The translations under genes and the position numbers were made by a program. Shown here piece by piece: positions 43,941 through 53,048 of a stretch of DNA of 64,000 nucleotides. A model generated the notes under the pieces. That model worked only from the letters and a program-made list of their open reading frames with translations, was not told where the DNA came from and made no database searches. Every line of letters starts with the position of its first letter. Position 1 is the first letter of the stretch. Source of the stretch: Candidatus Saccharimonadota bacterium. Lineage in GTDB: Bacteria > Patescibacteriota > Saccharimonadia > Saccharimonadales > Saccharimonadaceae. The stretch covers positions 97,323-161,322 of the forward strand of contig JAFXGL010000008.1 in assembly GCA_017513185.1 (NCBI GenBank), in the 5' to 3' direction.

Positions 43941-46619
43941 ATGTCCGATGAAATCATCGAAGCCCGTTCCAGGGAGACCTTTGTCTCTAATGTTTCCGGC
44001 CGCCCCACCTCTCCCCGCCAGCAGAATCTCCCTAAAAAACTCCGCACCAAGGGCTTTCTCAAAAAGCACGCCCCGCTCATAGTTATTTTGAGCATTCTTG
44101 TCGCTGGTGTCGCTCTGCTTTTCGTCTCACAATCTTTCATGCCTTTTGCACTCGTCAACCGTTTCATCGAAGAATACAACGGTGCCGGCGTTTCCAGTAT
44201 TCTTCGTTCTGATTCACTGCTTGACACCCAGCTCTCCTCCACCGGCTCCTACTTTGGCCTTTCAGAAAACCAGCGCACCGCCTTTAAAGACTCCGGCATC
44301 TACCCTGTCGACTTCACTGCGAATGGCACTGCTGCCACCGCCCTTGTCTACCGCGAGACCGACGGCAGCTATCGTGCCGTCGTCCCCAAAGCCCTCGCCA
44401 GCTCCGATGTCAACGGGGCTATCGCGCAAAACCTTGGCGACTCAGAAATCACCCTCAAAAGCGCTCCGCTCCCCGTCGAGGATGCCCTCAAACTCCCGAG
44501 CTTCAAAGACCAGTATGCCTCTGCCAGCAAAACTTGGCGCGGCGGTAATGCCGGCTGGTATGACTCCATCGAAGATTTGACCGAGGCCCGCCTCGCTATC
44601 AAACGCACACGATTTAATAACTGGACTACCATGGCCTTCTCTAGCGCCGACACCGCCTGGCAAAAACTTGCCGCCGGTAACAGCACCGCCACCGATGGCG
44701 GCATTTCCGACCACGGTAGCTATGTCGACACCGACGCTGATGGTAATACCACCACGACCACCAGCTCTGGTTCGGTCGACGCCAGCTCGCTCGCCGGCGC
44801 CAGTTCTATCGAAAAAGTTCGCGAGGTCTTGAACTCCAAAATCACCAGCGTCGCCAAGCTCGCCGCCACTGTCGGCTGTACTGGTGTAGAAATCATGACC
44901 GCCATCCAAACCTACATGTCTGCCCAGCAGTCACTTCAATATCTCAACCTCGCCACCGGCTATTTTGAAGCTGTCCAAAGCGCCCAAGTCGGCAGGAACG
45001 ACGGCACTCCTATGAACGAATACAACAAAATCCTTACTACGCCCGACCCGGAGACGGGGAAGACCCCGATGCAAGCCGCTAGTTCCAGCGAACTTTTCTC
45101 TGGCACCGCCGTCAGCTCCGACGACGAAAGCATCAAAACCGTCAGCTTTGAGACACTCATGTCGAGCCTCGGCACACTGACCGGCAATGTCAACATGACC
45201 GCTCAGGCCTTTGAGGCGTGTTCCTATGTCAAAATGGGCGTCGCCGCGGTCAACTTCGCCACCACCGTCATTAGCTTCGTTCCCGTTCTCGGCCAAGCCG
45301 TCAAAGCCATTCACATCGTCGCTAAACTTGTCGGCCGCATCGCCATTGGCGTCGCCATCAGTTCCATCACGGCCTTTATCGTACCCAAAATCCTCACCCA
45401 AGTCTTTAAAAATGTCGCCAAAAATGTCGCCACAGAATGGACCGGGACAGATTATTTTGAGGCTATGAGTTCCGGCGCCAGCAAATACATCAGCGGTAAC
45501 TTCCAAACCGGCGGTGGCTCCGCGGCCTCCGCAACTTCGCTCGCTGCCTATAATCGCGTCAAAGAAGCCGTTCTGGCCGACGAGGCCGACACCGAGCGCC
45601 GCAACAAAAGCCCGCTCGACCTCACTTCGCGCTATACTTTCCTCGGTTCCATCGTCTACAGTCTCATCCCTCTCGCCACCAGCTCGACCGTCGGCGGTAT
45701 TATCAAGAGCCTTGGCGGCCTCGCCATCAACTCCGTCTCTGCCATCTTGCCTAGTGCTTCTGCTATTGCTGAAACCAACCTCGCCAGCTCCCTCGGCTCT
45801 TGCCCAGTTATGGAATCGGTCGGCGCCGTCTGCGATGCTCGTGGTAACCGCATCGACATCGACGACCCCGAGCTTGCCACTATGTCAACCGACGAACTCC
45901 GCGCTAAGCTCCTAGCCGCCGATCCTAACGCTTTCAAGGGCCAAGACGCCAACGGCCGCGACATTATCAACCCAGACTCCATCACGGGCAAAACCGCCGC
46001 CATCCTCAACCAGCGCGTCGCTACGCTCGGCATTGCTGACGCTTCCGCTGCCAACCGCCTCGTCCAACAACCTTCTGGCCTCATCGCCAATATTCCACTG
46101 GTTGGCGACGTCGCACAAATCGTCTCCGCCATGGGCGAAGCTGACAATATCGCCTGGATTTCCGGCGCCGCTGGCGTCGACTCACCTGACAATCCACTTT
46201 GGGAAAAGGTCCGCTACGCCCAAGAATACATCAAGCGCGAACGCTGGGCCGAAGTCGCTGGCCTTACCGCCAAATCTTCCGTCACGGCTTTCTTAGAAAA
46301 CTATTACGAAGAAAATCCGCTCGACAACTCCCGTGAGGGTATCCTAGCTCGCTACTCCGGCATGACCCGTGACGAAGTTCTCGCCGTCGAAGATACTATT
46401 GACGTCATTACCTACCTTGCTAACTACGACCCGAGCGAAAGGTCCACCATGGCCGCGTCCGACAACTCCCATAAATGTGATATAATAAGCTCATGCTTTA
46501 CTACAATCACTCCGTCAAAGATTCGCTCATCGACCAACGTAGTGATGCAGAATCTGGCCTTAGTACCAAAGAGGTCAAGCGGCGCCGTGCTAAATATGGC
46601 TACAACCTCCTCGATATAA
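43941..46619 (+). CDS. Large (892 aa) membrane protein, paralog of the 60821-63829 product; family not recognised
   Basis: N-terminal TM helix LIVILSILVAGVALLFV and central hydrophobic helices. Blocks shared with the 1002-aa protein are SPLDLTSRYTFLGSIVYSL vs SPFDASSPYTFLGSIVNSL, and EGILARYSGMTRDEVLAVED..YLANYDP vs EGILARRTGMTKDEVIAGIE..YLNNYDP. Confidence 0.65.
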   Translation: MSDEIIEARSRETFVSNVSGRPTSPRQQNLPKKLRTKGFLKKHAPLIVILSILVAGVALLFVSQSFMPFALVNRFIEEYNGAGVSSILRSDSLLDTQLSSTGSYFGLSENQRTAFKDSGIYPVDFTANGTAATALVYRETDGSYRAVVPKALASSDVNGAIAQNLGDSEITLKSAPLPVEDALKLPSFKDQYASASKTWRGGNAGWYDSIEDLTEARLAIKRTRFNNWTTMAFSSADTAWQKLAAGNSTATDGGISDHGSYVDTDADGNTTTTTSSGSVDASSLAGASSIEKVREVLNSKITSVAKLAATVGCTGVEIMTAIQTYMSAQQSLQYLNLATGYFEAVQSAQVGRNDGTPMNEYNKILTTPDPETGKTPMQAASSSELFSGTAVSSDDESIKTVSFETLMSSLGTLTGNVNMTAQAFEACSYVKMGVAAVNFATTVISFVPVLGQAVKAIHIVAKLVGRIAIGVAISSITAFIVPKILTQVFKNVAKNVATEWTGTDYFEAMSSGASKYISGNFQTGGGSAASATSLAAYNRVKEAVLADEADTERRNKSPLDLTSRYTFLGSIVYSLIPLATSSTVGGIIKSLGGLAINSVSAILPSASAIAETNLASSLGSCPVMESVGAVCDARGNRIDIDDPELATMSTDELRAKLLAADPNAFKGQDANGRDIINPDSITGKTAAILNQRVATLGIADASAANRLVQQPSGLIANIPLVGDVAQIVSAMGEADNIAWISGAAGVDSPDNPLWEKVRYAQEYIKRERWAEVAGLTAKSSVTAFLENYYEENPLDNSREGILARYSGMTRDEVLAVEDTIDVITYLANYDPSERSTMAASDNSHKCDIISSCFTTITPSKIRSSTNVVMQNLALVPKRSSGAVLNMATTSSI
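46478..46486 (+). promoter_or_regulatory. Extended -10 (TGATATAAT) 6 nt upstream of the ATPase ATG, embedded in the upstream ORF
   Basis: Read directly from the sequence. Confidence 0.5.
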
Positions 46620-49015
46620 AGACCACCCCCCTATGGAAAAAGCTCATCGAGCCTTTCGCCGACCTTTTTATGATTATTTTGGTTGTTGCGTTAGTGTTGT
46701 CAATTTTACAACAGTCTTGGACGGAAGTTATCGTGATTGCCCTCGATATGGTCTTGGATGTCTCGGTGTTTTACATTCAGCGTTTTTCGACCGAGCGCGT
46801 CTTAAACGCCCTTAAAGAAAAAACCGTTCAAAAAATCACCGTCGTCCGAAATGGCAACGAAGAAGAAGTTGACGCCTCCGAACTCGTCCCCGGCGACGTG
46901 GTGATTTTGCACGAAGGTGACCGCATCCCTGCCGACGGCCGCATCATCAGCGAATCCGGCCTCCTCACCAACGAATCCATGCTCACCGGCGAGTCCGAAG
47001 CCATCGCCAAAGACGCCAAAGCCATCTCTGGCAAGAAAAAAGTCTACGAGCAGAGAAACATGGTCTTTTCCGGCTCCTTTGTCATCACCGGTAGTTCCAA
47101 ATTCGTCGTCACCGCCACCGGCAACCAGACCGAATACGGTCGTATCGCCTCGCTCGCCACGTCTACCACTCTCTCCTCACCCATTCAAGAAAAAATCAAC
47201 CAGCTCGTCGTTAAAATCGCCGCTGTCATCCTTGCCGTGGCGGCAATCATCCTCGTCGTCCAGCTCATCGACGGCATCTCCTTCTACAGTGCCATTGAGT
47301 TCACTCTCGCCATGATTGTCTCTGCCGTGCCGGAAGACCTGCCTATCGTCACCGCCATCATCCTTGCCATTGGCGCCGTTCGCCTCGCCAAAAAACAGGC
47401 CCTCATCAAAGAACTTCGCGCCATCCAATCTATCGGCATTGTCACCACCATCGCCTCCGACAAGACCGGTACCCTCACCGAGAACAAGCTCTCCGTCAAA
47501 GATTGCTGGAGCCCCGAGGCCAAGAAAACTCTTAAAAACAACGAGGATTTCTTGAGAACTATTGCTTCCACCGCTATCCCGCTCGACGCCGCTACCGACC
47601 CGCTCGATCTCGCCATCTGGAACCACATTAAAAACGAAGCCCCCTACCTCGCCGACCTCAAGCCACTCAAAACTTATGCCTTCGATCAAGATTTAAAGAC
47701 CTCCGGCAACCTCTTTGAAGATAAGCGCGGCAGCCTGCGCCTTGTCATTAAAGGCGCCCCCGAAACTATCTTTGCCAAATGCATCAAGATGACCAAAAGT
47801 GAAAAAGAGGCCGCCGAAACCCGTCTCGCCCAGTTTAGCGACCGCGGCTATAAGGTCATCGCCATAGCCTCCGCCAAGATTACTCACGAAATCAACGAGC
47901 TTAGCCGCCTAACTAAAAGCGACGTCTTTAAATTTGAAGGTCTCATCGCCATCGCTGACAGCGTCCGCCCCGGCGTCATCGACGCCATAGAAGCCTCCGC
48001 CACCGCCGGCGTCAAAGTCAAAATGGTCACTGGCGACCACGCCCAAACCGCCTTTGCCATCGGTCGCGAGCTCGGCCTCTGTACCGAATTTTCTGAAGTA
48101 CTCGACTGCTCCAAACTCGGCGACCTCCCAGATTCCGACCTAGAAGAACGTGTCCAAAACGTCAGCATCTTTGCCCGCGTCACGCCAGAAGATAAGTTCC
48201 GCATCTTAAACGCCATCAAAAAGTCCGAAGTCGTCGCCATGACCGGCGATGGTGTCAACGACGTCCCAGCTCTCACCAATGCCCACGTCGGCATCGCCAT
48301 GGGCAATTCGCCCAGCATCGTCCAAGACGCCGGCGATATTGTCCTTCTCGACAATAACTTCAAGAGCATCGTCTCCGCCATGAAGGAAGGCCGCGTCATC
48401 CTCGCCAACATCCGCCGCATGCTAATTTATCTCCTCGCTACCAACGCTGGCGAAGTCCTCGCTACTCTCGGCGCCCTCTTTATCTCCGGCTCGCAGCTGC
48501 TACTACCCATCCAAATCCTTTGGATTAACATGGTTACTGACTCGCTCATGGTGATTCCTATCGGCCTAGAGCCGCCCGAAGCCAAATTTATGTCGCAAAA
48601 GCCCGAGGCTAAAGACGCCCCCATCCTCTCCAAGATTTTAGTTTCTCGCATGATTATCATTGCCGTTACCATGGCCGCCGTCGGTCTCGGCACTTACTAT
48701 CTTGCCCTCGCCCACTTCTCTCACGACGAAGCCAACACTCTCGCCTTTACTGCTATCGTCGTCGTCCAGTGGTCCAACGCCTTCTGTGTCCGCGGCACCT
48801 ACGAATCCGCCTTCCGCCGCCTTAAAGTTAAAAACACGCTTTTTATACTGGCACTCCTTCTCGCTATCACCCTCCAGGCCCTCGTTCTCTTCGGCCCGCT
48901 CTCTATCTTTGCCAAGACCGTCCCAGTTGACCCGCTCGCGCTCGCGCTCACCATTCTTGCTGCCTTTGCGGTGCCTATCCTCGTCACCGAGCTCCACAAA
49001 AAACTTGCAAAATAG
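46493..49015 (+). CDS. P-type cation-transporting ATPase (P2/Ca2+-ATPase-like)
   Basis: Cation_ATPase_N-like SGLSTKEVKRRRAKYGYN, TGES, PEDLP, phosphorylation site SDKTGTLT, MVTGDH, and GDGVNDVPAL. Confidence 0.88.
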   Translation: MLYYNHSVKDSLIDQRSDAESGLSTKEVKRRRAKYGYNLLDIKTTPLWKKLIEPFADLFMIILVVALVLSILQQSWTEVIVIALDMVLDVSVFYIQRFSTERVLNALKEKTVQKITVVRNGNEEEVDASELVPGDVVILHEGDRIPADGRIISESGLLTNESMLTGESEAIAKDAKAISGKKKVYEQRNMVFSGSFVITGSSKFVVTATGNQTEYGRIASLATSTTLSSPIQEKINQLVVKIAAVILAVAAIILVVQLIDGISFYSAIEFTLAMIVSAVPEDLPIVTAIILAIGAVRLAKKQALIKELRAIQSIGIVTTIASDKTGTLTENKLSVKDCWSPEAKKTLKNNEDFLRTIASTAIPLDAATDPLDLAIWNHIKNEAPYLADLKPLKTYAFDQDLKTSGNLFEDKRGSLRLVIKGAPETIFAKCIKMTKSEKEAAETRLAQFSDRGYKVIAIASAKITHEINELSRLTKSDVFKFEGLIAIADSVRPGVIDAIEASATAGVKVKMVTGDHAQTAFAIGRELGLCTEFSEVLDCSKLGDLPDSDLEERVQNVSIFARVTPEDKFRILNAIKKSEVVAMTGDGVNDVPALTNAHVGIAMGNSPSIVQDAGDIVLLDNNFKSIVSAMKEGRVILANIRRMLIYLLATNAGEVLATLGALFISGSQLLLPIQILWINMVTDSLMVIPIGLEPPEAKFMSQKPEAKDAPILSKILVSRMIIIAVTMAAVGLGTYYLALAHFSHDEANTLAFTAIVVVQWSNAFCVRGTYESAFRRLKVKNTLFILALLLAITLQALVLFGPLSIFAKTVPVDPLALALTILAAFAVPILVTELHKKLAK

Positions 49016-49065
49016 TAAAACTTCTGTTATATTATTTGTAATAAATAATTTTAACAGAGGAGCTT

Positions 49066-49866
49066 ATGTTAAAACAATTATTTGCCGGCCTTTTTGCGCT
49101 CGCTCTCACTGCGGCCACTTTGCCAGTTTCTACTGTGTCGGCTACCCCGGCAACTTACGAGTTCAACAATATTCTCGATCTTTGTCTTTACGTTCAATCT
49201 AACGGCCACTGGTTCAACGACGCCAACGATTGTTCAATCTACGCCAACACTCAGACCTCCGTCGTCATGGACTATCGCTTGCTAGAAATCGACGACCCGG
49301 TGGTCTTTAATAATCTCGACATCACCTTTACCCGCCCCAACAACCCCTTCTCCTTCCGTAACAGCGGCAGTCTTACTATCAACGGCGGCTACTACTCTTC
49401 ACCTAGCTGCGTCCTATGGATGAACTATGACAACCGCTACACTCCCGCTACTTTTACTAACCGCATCATCATTAACTCCGGTATCTTCACCGCCAATTCC
49501 ACTAGCACCTCTAGCGACGCTCCAGCCTCTCCGGTCTGCTTGATTTCTCCTATCCCGGTCGACGCCAGCCGCATCGACGCCGTTATTAATAGCTACCTCC
49601 CCGCCGGCAAGACTTTCCAAGAGGTCAGCACTACTCGCCGCACTCTGCGTGCTAACAGCGGCACCGCTCATGTGGATAAAACCTACTCCAATGTAGAGGG
49701 TATTCAATATCTCAGCAGCCGCTCCGTCGCCGTGGTTGACGGCCCCGTCACTCCCGCCCCAGAGCCAGAGCCTGCACCCGAGACCCCGGAAACTCCCGAG
49801 GACACCCCCAGCGAAACTCCCGCCACGCCAGTCATCCCCAAAGCTCCCAATACTGGCCGCAAATAG
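49066..49866 (+). CDS. Secreted protein ending in a PE-rich linker plus an IPKAPNTGRK tag
   Basis: Signal peptide ending VSATP. The C-terminus reads PAPEPEPAPETPETPEDTPSETPATPVIPKAPNTGRK with no TM helix. AGAGGA Shine-Dalgarno. Confidence 0.6.
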   Translation: MLKQLFAGLFALALTAATLPVSTVSATPATYEFNNILDLCLYVQSNGHWFNDANDCSIYANTQTSVVMDYRLLEIDDPVVFNNLDITFTRPNNPFSFRNSGSLTINGGYYSSPSCVLWMNYDNRYTPATFTNRIIINSGIFTANSTSTSSDAPASPVCLISPIPVDASRIDAVINSYLPAGKTFQEVSTTRRTLRANSGTAHVDKTYSNVEGIQYLSSRSVAVVDGPVTPAPEPEPAPETPETPEDTPSETPATPVIPKAPNTGRK

Positions 49867-49948
49867 GTAATTTTTACTGTTGTATTTTTTACAACGTTTA
49901 TAGGGGGACTTATGTCGCCAACAGAGGCAGCGTATAACCAAAACCAGC

Positions 49949-49977
49949 TTGACACGCTATATATAGTGTCTTATACT
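49949..49977 (+). promoter_or_regulatory. nrdD promoter TTGACA-17nt-TATACT
   Basis: TTGACA at 49949-49954 and TATACT at 49972-49977. NrdR box 1 lies in the spacer. Confidence 0.65.
49954..49969 (+). promoter_or_regulatory. NrdR box 1
   Basis: ACGCTATATATAGTGT matches 15 of 16 positions of the consensus acaCwAtATaTwGtgt. Confidence 0.75.
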
Positions 49978-49985
49978 AATTTCAG

Positions 49986-50001
49986 ACGCTAGATATGGTG
50001 T
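49986..50001 (+). promoter_or_regulatory. NrdR box 2
   Basis: ACGCTAGATATGGTGT matches about 13 of 16 consensus positions. It starts 32 bp after box 1, the typical tandem spacing. Confidence 0.7.
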
Positions 50002-50048
50002 CTAGCAAAAACCATTGAAGAAGAAAGATAAAAAAAGAGGTATTTTTT

Positions 50049-52421
50049 ATGTTCAAAAAAATCATCAAGCGCGACGGCAAAATCGTTGACTTTAAGCTCG
50101 AGAAGATTGTCGACGCCATGACCAAAGCCGGCCAAGCCACCGGCGAATTTGACCACGAGCGCGCCAAAGAACTCGCCACTGAGTTTGAGACCGCTAGCCA
50201 CGAGCTTATTAAGTCTCGCATCCCCACCGTCGAACAAGTCCAAGACGCCGTAGAGAAGGTCCTCAAAGACGCCGGCTTTAAGCGCACCGCCCGTGCCTAT
50301 GCCGACTATCGCCACCACCGCTCTGACGTCCGCATCGCCAAGAGCGACCTTATGAACATCTACCGTACCATCGCCATCGCCGACGCCAGCGAAGATTCCG
50401 ACGTCAAGCGCGGTAATGCTAACGTCGACGGCAACTCCGCCATGGGCAAGATGCTCCAGTTTGGCGCCGAAGGCTCCAAAGTCTTCGCCAAGACTTCCCT
50501 CATGAAGGCCGAATACGCCTATGCCCACGACAATGGCGACATCCACATTCACGACCTCGATTTTTACGCTACCGGCACCCTCACCTGCTGCCAGACCGAC
50601 GTCCTGCGCCTCTTTAAGAATGGCTTTAACACCGGCCACGGGCATCTGCGCACTCCGCAGAGCATTGGCTCCTATGCCGCTCTCGCTGCCATCATCCTCC
50701 AGGCCAACCAAAACGAGCAACACGGCGGCCAGTCTATCCCGCATTTTGACTACGCCATGGCCCCTGGTGTCGACAAGACCTTCCGCAAGGCCCTCCGCCG
50801 CAACCTAGAAAAATACAACGCCTTCGTCGACAAAAAGAACAAAGTTGACGTCCAGATTGGCGACTATATCGAGTTTGGCGACGACGACAAGCTCTCCCGC
50901 CTCAAGGTCCCGAAAGCCGTCATTAAGGCCTCCGTCAAAGACACCGAGAACGAAACTCAGCAAGCCATGGAAGGCTTCATTCACAACCTCAACACCATGC
51001 ACTCCCGCGCTGGCGCCCAGGTGCCATTCACCTCTATCAACTTCGGCACCGACACCTCTCCAGCTGGTCGCCTCGTGAGCAAAATGCTCCTAGAAGCCAC
51101 CGATAAAGGCCTCGGCAAGGGCGAGACCCCCATCTTCCCAATCTCCATCTTCAAGGTTAAAGAGGGCATCAACTACAACCCCGAAGACCCCAACTACGAC
51201 CTCTTCAAGCGCAGCATGGAAGTTTCTGCTAAGCGCCTCTTCCCGAACTTCTGCTTTATTGACGCCCCGTACAACCTCAAATATTACAAACCCGGCGACT
51301 ACCGCACGGAAATCGCCACCATGGGCTGCCGCACTCGCGTCTTTGCCTCTGTCTTCCCGGAATCTGACGGCATCGTCACTGGTCGTGGCAACCTAAGCTT
51401 CACCACCGTCAACCTTGTCCGCCTCGGCATCAAGCACGGCATCGCCACTGGCGAGCGCGAAGAGGCCGATTGGACCGCCTTCTTTGCCGACCTCGACCAC
51501 GTCATGGACCTCTGCGAAGGTGAGCTCTATGAGCGCTTTGAATTCCAGGCCAACCAACACGTCCGCAACTTCCCGTTCCTCATGGGTCAAGGCAACTGGT
51601 TTGGCTCTGAGAAACTCGGCCCCAACGACACCCTGCGCGACGTCATCAAACACGGCACTCTCTCTATCGGCTTCATCGGCCTCGCCGAGACTCTCGTTGC
51701 CATGACTGGCAAGCACCACGGTGAGGACGAAACTGCCCGCGAGCTCGGCCTCGACATAATTTCCCACATGCGCGAAAAATGCGACGAATACTCCAAGAAG
51801 CACCATCTCAACTACTCACTCCTCGCCACTCCCGCCGAAGGTCTCGCCGGCCGCTTCACTAAAATCGACCGTAAGGAATATGGCGTCCTCAAAGGCGTAA
51901 CCGACCGTGATTATTACACCAACTCCTTCCATGTCCCTGTTTACTACCCCATCTCTGCCTTCGAGAAGATTGAGATTGAGGCTCCCTACCACGCCCTCTG
52001 TAACGCCGGCCACATCTCCTACATCGAGCTAGACGGCGACCCGTCCCAGAACATCGACGCTTTCGAGGCTGTCATTCGCAAGATGCACGACTGCGGCATC
52101 GGTTACGGCTCCGTCAACCACCCTGTTGATCGCGACCCAGTCTGTGGCTTCTCCGGCATCATCTCTGGCCACACCTGCCCCTCTTGCGGCCGCGAAGAAG
52201 GCGACCAGCCCTTCGAGCGCCTTCGCCGCATCACCGGCTATCTCGTCGGCACCCTAGATCGCTGGAACGACGGCAAAAAGGCCGAAGAGCGTGACCGCGT
52301 CAAGCACAATGTCGACTGCGACTGCGTTCCCTCCAACGTCGACGGGGTGTATAATGTAGAGGAGAAAGATAAGCGCGAAGTCGAAAAAATGTATGCCGAA
52401 CGCGCACTCGGAAAGGAATAA
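50049..52421 (+). CDS. nrdD: Anaerobic ribonucleoside-triphosphate reductase (class III) with an N-terminal ATP-cone
   Basis: ATP-cone IIKRDGKIVDF, a C-terminal Zn ribbon CPSCG, and glycyl-radical motif RRITGYLVG. Confidence 0.92.
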   Translation: MFKKIIKRDGKIVDFKLEKIVDAMTKAGQATGEFDHERAKELATEFETASHELIKSRIPTVEQVQDAVEKVLKDAGFKRTARAYADYRHHRSDVRIAKSDLMNIYRTIAIADASEDSDVKRGNANVDGNSAMGKMLQFGAEGSKVFAKTSLMKAEYAYAHDNGDIHIHDLDFYATGTLTCCQTDVLRLFKNGFNTGHGHLRTPQSIGSYAALAAIILQANQNEQHGGQSIPHFDYAMAPGVDKTFRKALRRNLEKYNAFVDKKNKVDVQIGDYIEFGDDDKLSRLKVPKAVIKASVKDTENETQQAMEGFIHNLNTMHSRAGAQVPFTSINFGTDTSPAGRLVSKMLLEATDKGLGKGETPIFPISIFKVKEGINYNPEDPNYDLFKRSMEVSAKRLFPNFCFIDAPYNLKYYKPGDYRTEIATMGCRTRVFASVFPESDGIVTGRGNLSFTTVNLVRLGIKHGIATGEREEADWTAFFADLDHVMDLCEGELYERFEFQANQHVRNFPFLMGQGNWFGSEKLGPNDTLRDVIKHGTLSIGFIGLAETLVAMTGKHHGEDETARELGLDIISHMREKCDEYSKKHHLNYSLLATPAEGLAGRFTKIDRKEYGVLKGVTDRDYYTNSFHVPVYYPISAFEKIEIEAPYHALCNAGHISYIELDGDPSQNIDAFEAVIRKMHDCGIGYGSVNHPVDRDPVCGFSGIISGHTCPSCGREEGDQPFERLRRITGYLVGTLDRWNDGKKAEERDRVKHNVDCDCVPSNVDGVYNVEEKDKREVEKMYAERALGKE

Positions 52422-52913
52422 ATGAAGATTAGACTCTCCGGTCCTCTAGAAAGAGATAGTATCGTCAACGGGTACGGCCTTCGGGCCGTGCTCTGGACGC
52501 AAGGCTGCCTTACCCACTGCAAGGGTTGCCAAAACCCCGAGACTTGGGACCTAAACGGTGGCTTTGAAGTGGACGTCGAAGAAATCAAAGACCGCCTCCG
52601 CGCCTTTAAAGGCCAGGCTGGCATCACCTTCTGCGGTGGCGAGCCATTCCTTCAGCCTGAACCCCTGATAGAAATCGCCAAATTTGTACGCGAAGAACTC
52701 GGCTGGAACGTCTGGTCCTTCTCCGGCTACACCTACGAAGCCATTCAGAAAAAGGGTGGCAAGCAATGGGAACTTTTGACCAATCTCGACGCTCTCATTG
52801 ACGGCCCCTTCATCCTCGAGCAGCGCGACTTATCCCTTAAATTCCGCGGCAGTAAAAACCAAAGATTGCTCCACCTAGAACCCGGCACCGGCAAAATCTT
52901 GCAAACCGAGTAA
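52422..52913 (+). CDS. nrdG: Anaerobic RNR activating enzyme (radical SAM)
   Basis: CLTHCKGC (CxxxCxxC) motif. It starts directly after the nrdD stop. Confidence 0.88.
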   Translation: MKIRLSGPLERDSIVNGYGLRAVLWTQGCLTHCKGCQNPETWDLNGGFEVDVEEIKDRLRAFKGQAGITFCGGEPFLQPEPLIEIAKFVREELGWNVWSFSGYTYEAIQKKGGKQWELLTNLDALIDGPFILEQRDLSLKFRGSKNQRLLHLEPGTGKILQTE

Positions 52914-52930
52914 ATTCATTACACTTACGG

Positions 52931-52959
52931 TTGACTTATTACTCCTAAAGTGGTAAAAT
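52931..52959 (+). promoter_or_regulatory. Promoter TTGACT-17nt-TAAAAT (TG-extended) with an approx. 85-nt leader containing an 8-bp hairpin (52999-53020)
   Basis: TTGACT at 52931-52936 and TGGTAAAAT at 52951-52959. The hairpin is GCCAACTT GGGGAG AAGTTGGC. Confidence 0.5.
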
Positions 52960-53048
52960 ACTAGTTACCCTCACTCCAAGAGGCTTTTATATACTTTAGC
53001 CAACTTGGGGAGAAGTTGGCGCACCTTACTATTTAGGAGGAATACGGA

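Noticed and set aside
49864-49980. The in-frame translation after the TAG stop of the 49066 gene is hydrophobic (VIFTVVFFTTFIGGLM). This suggested stop-codon read-through that would restore a TM anchor after PNTG.
   Set aside because: The region is AT-rich and contains the nrdD promoter and NrdR boxes. No basic tail follows the hydrophobic stretch. The twin tag at 43885-43920 is followed by another in-frame stop after 3 codons. This is most likely coincidence.
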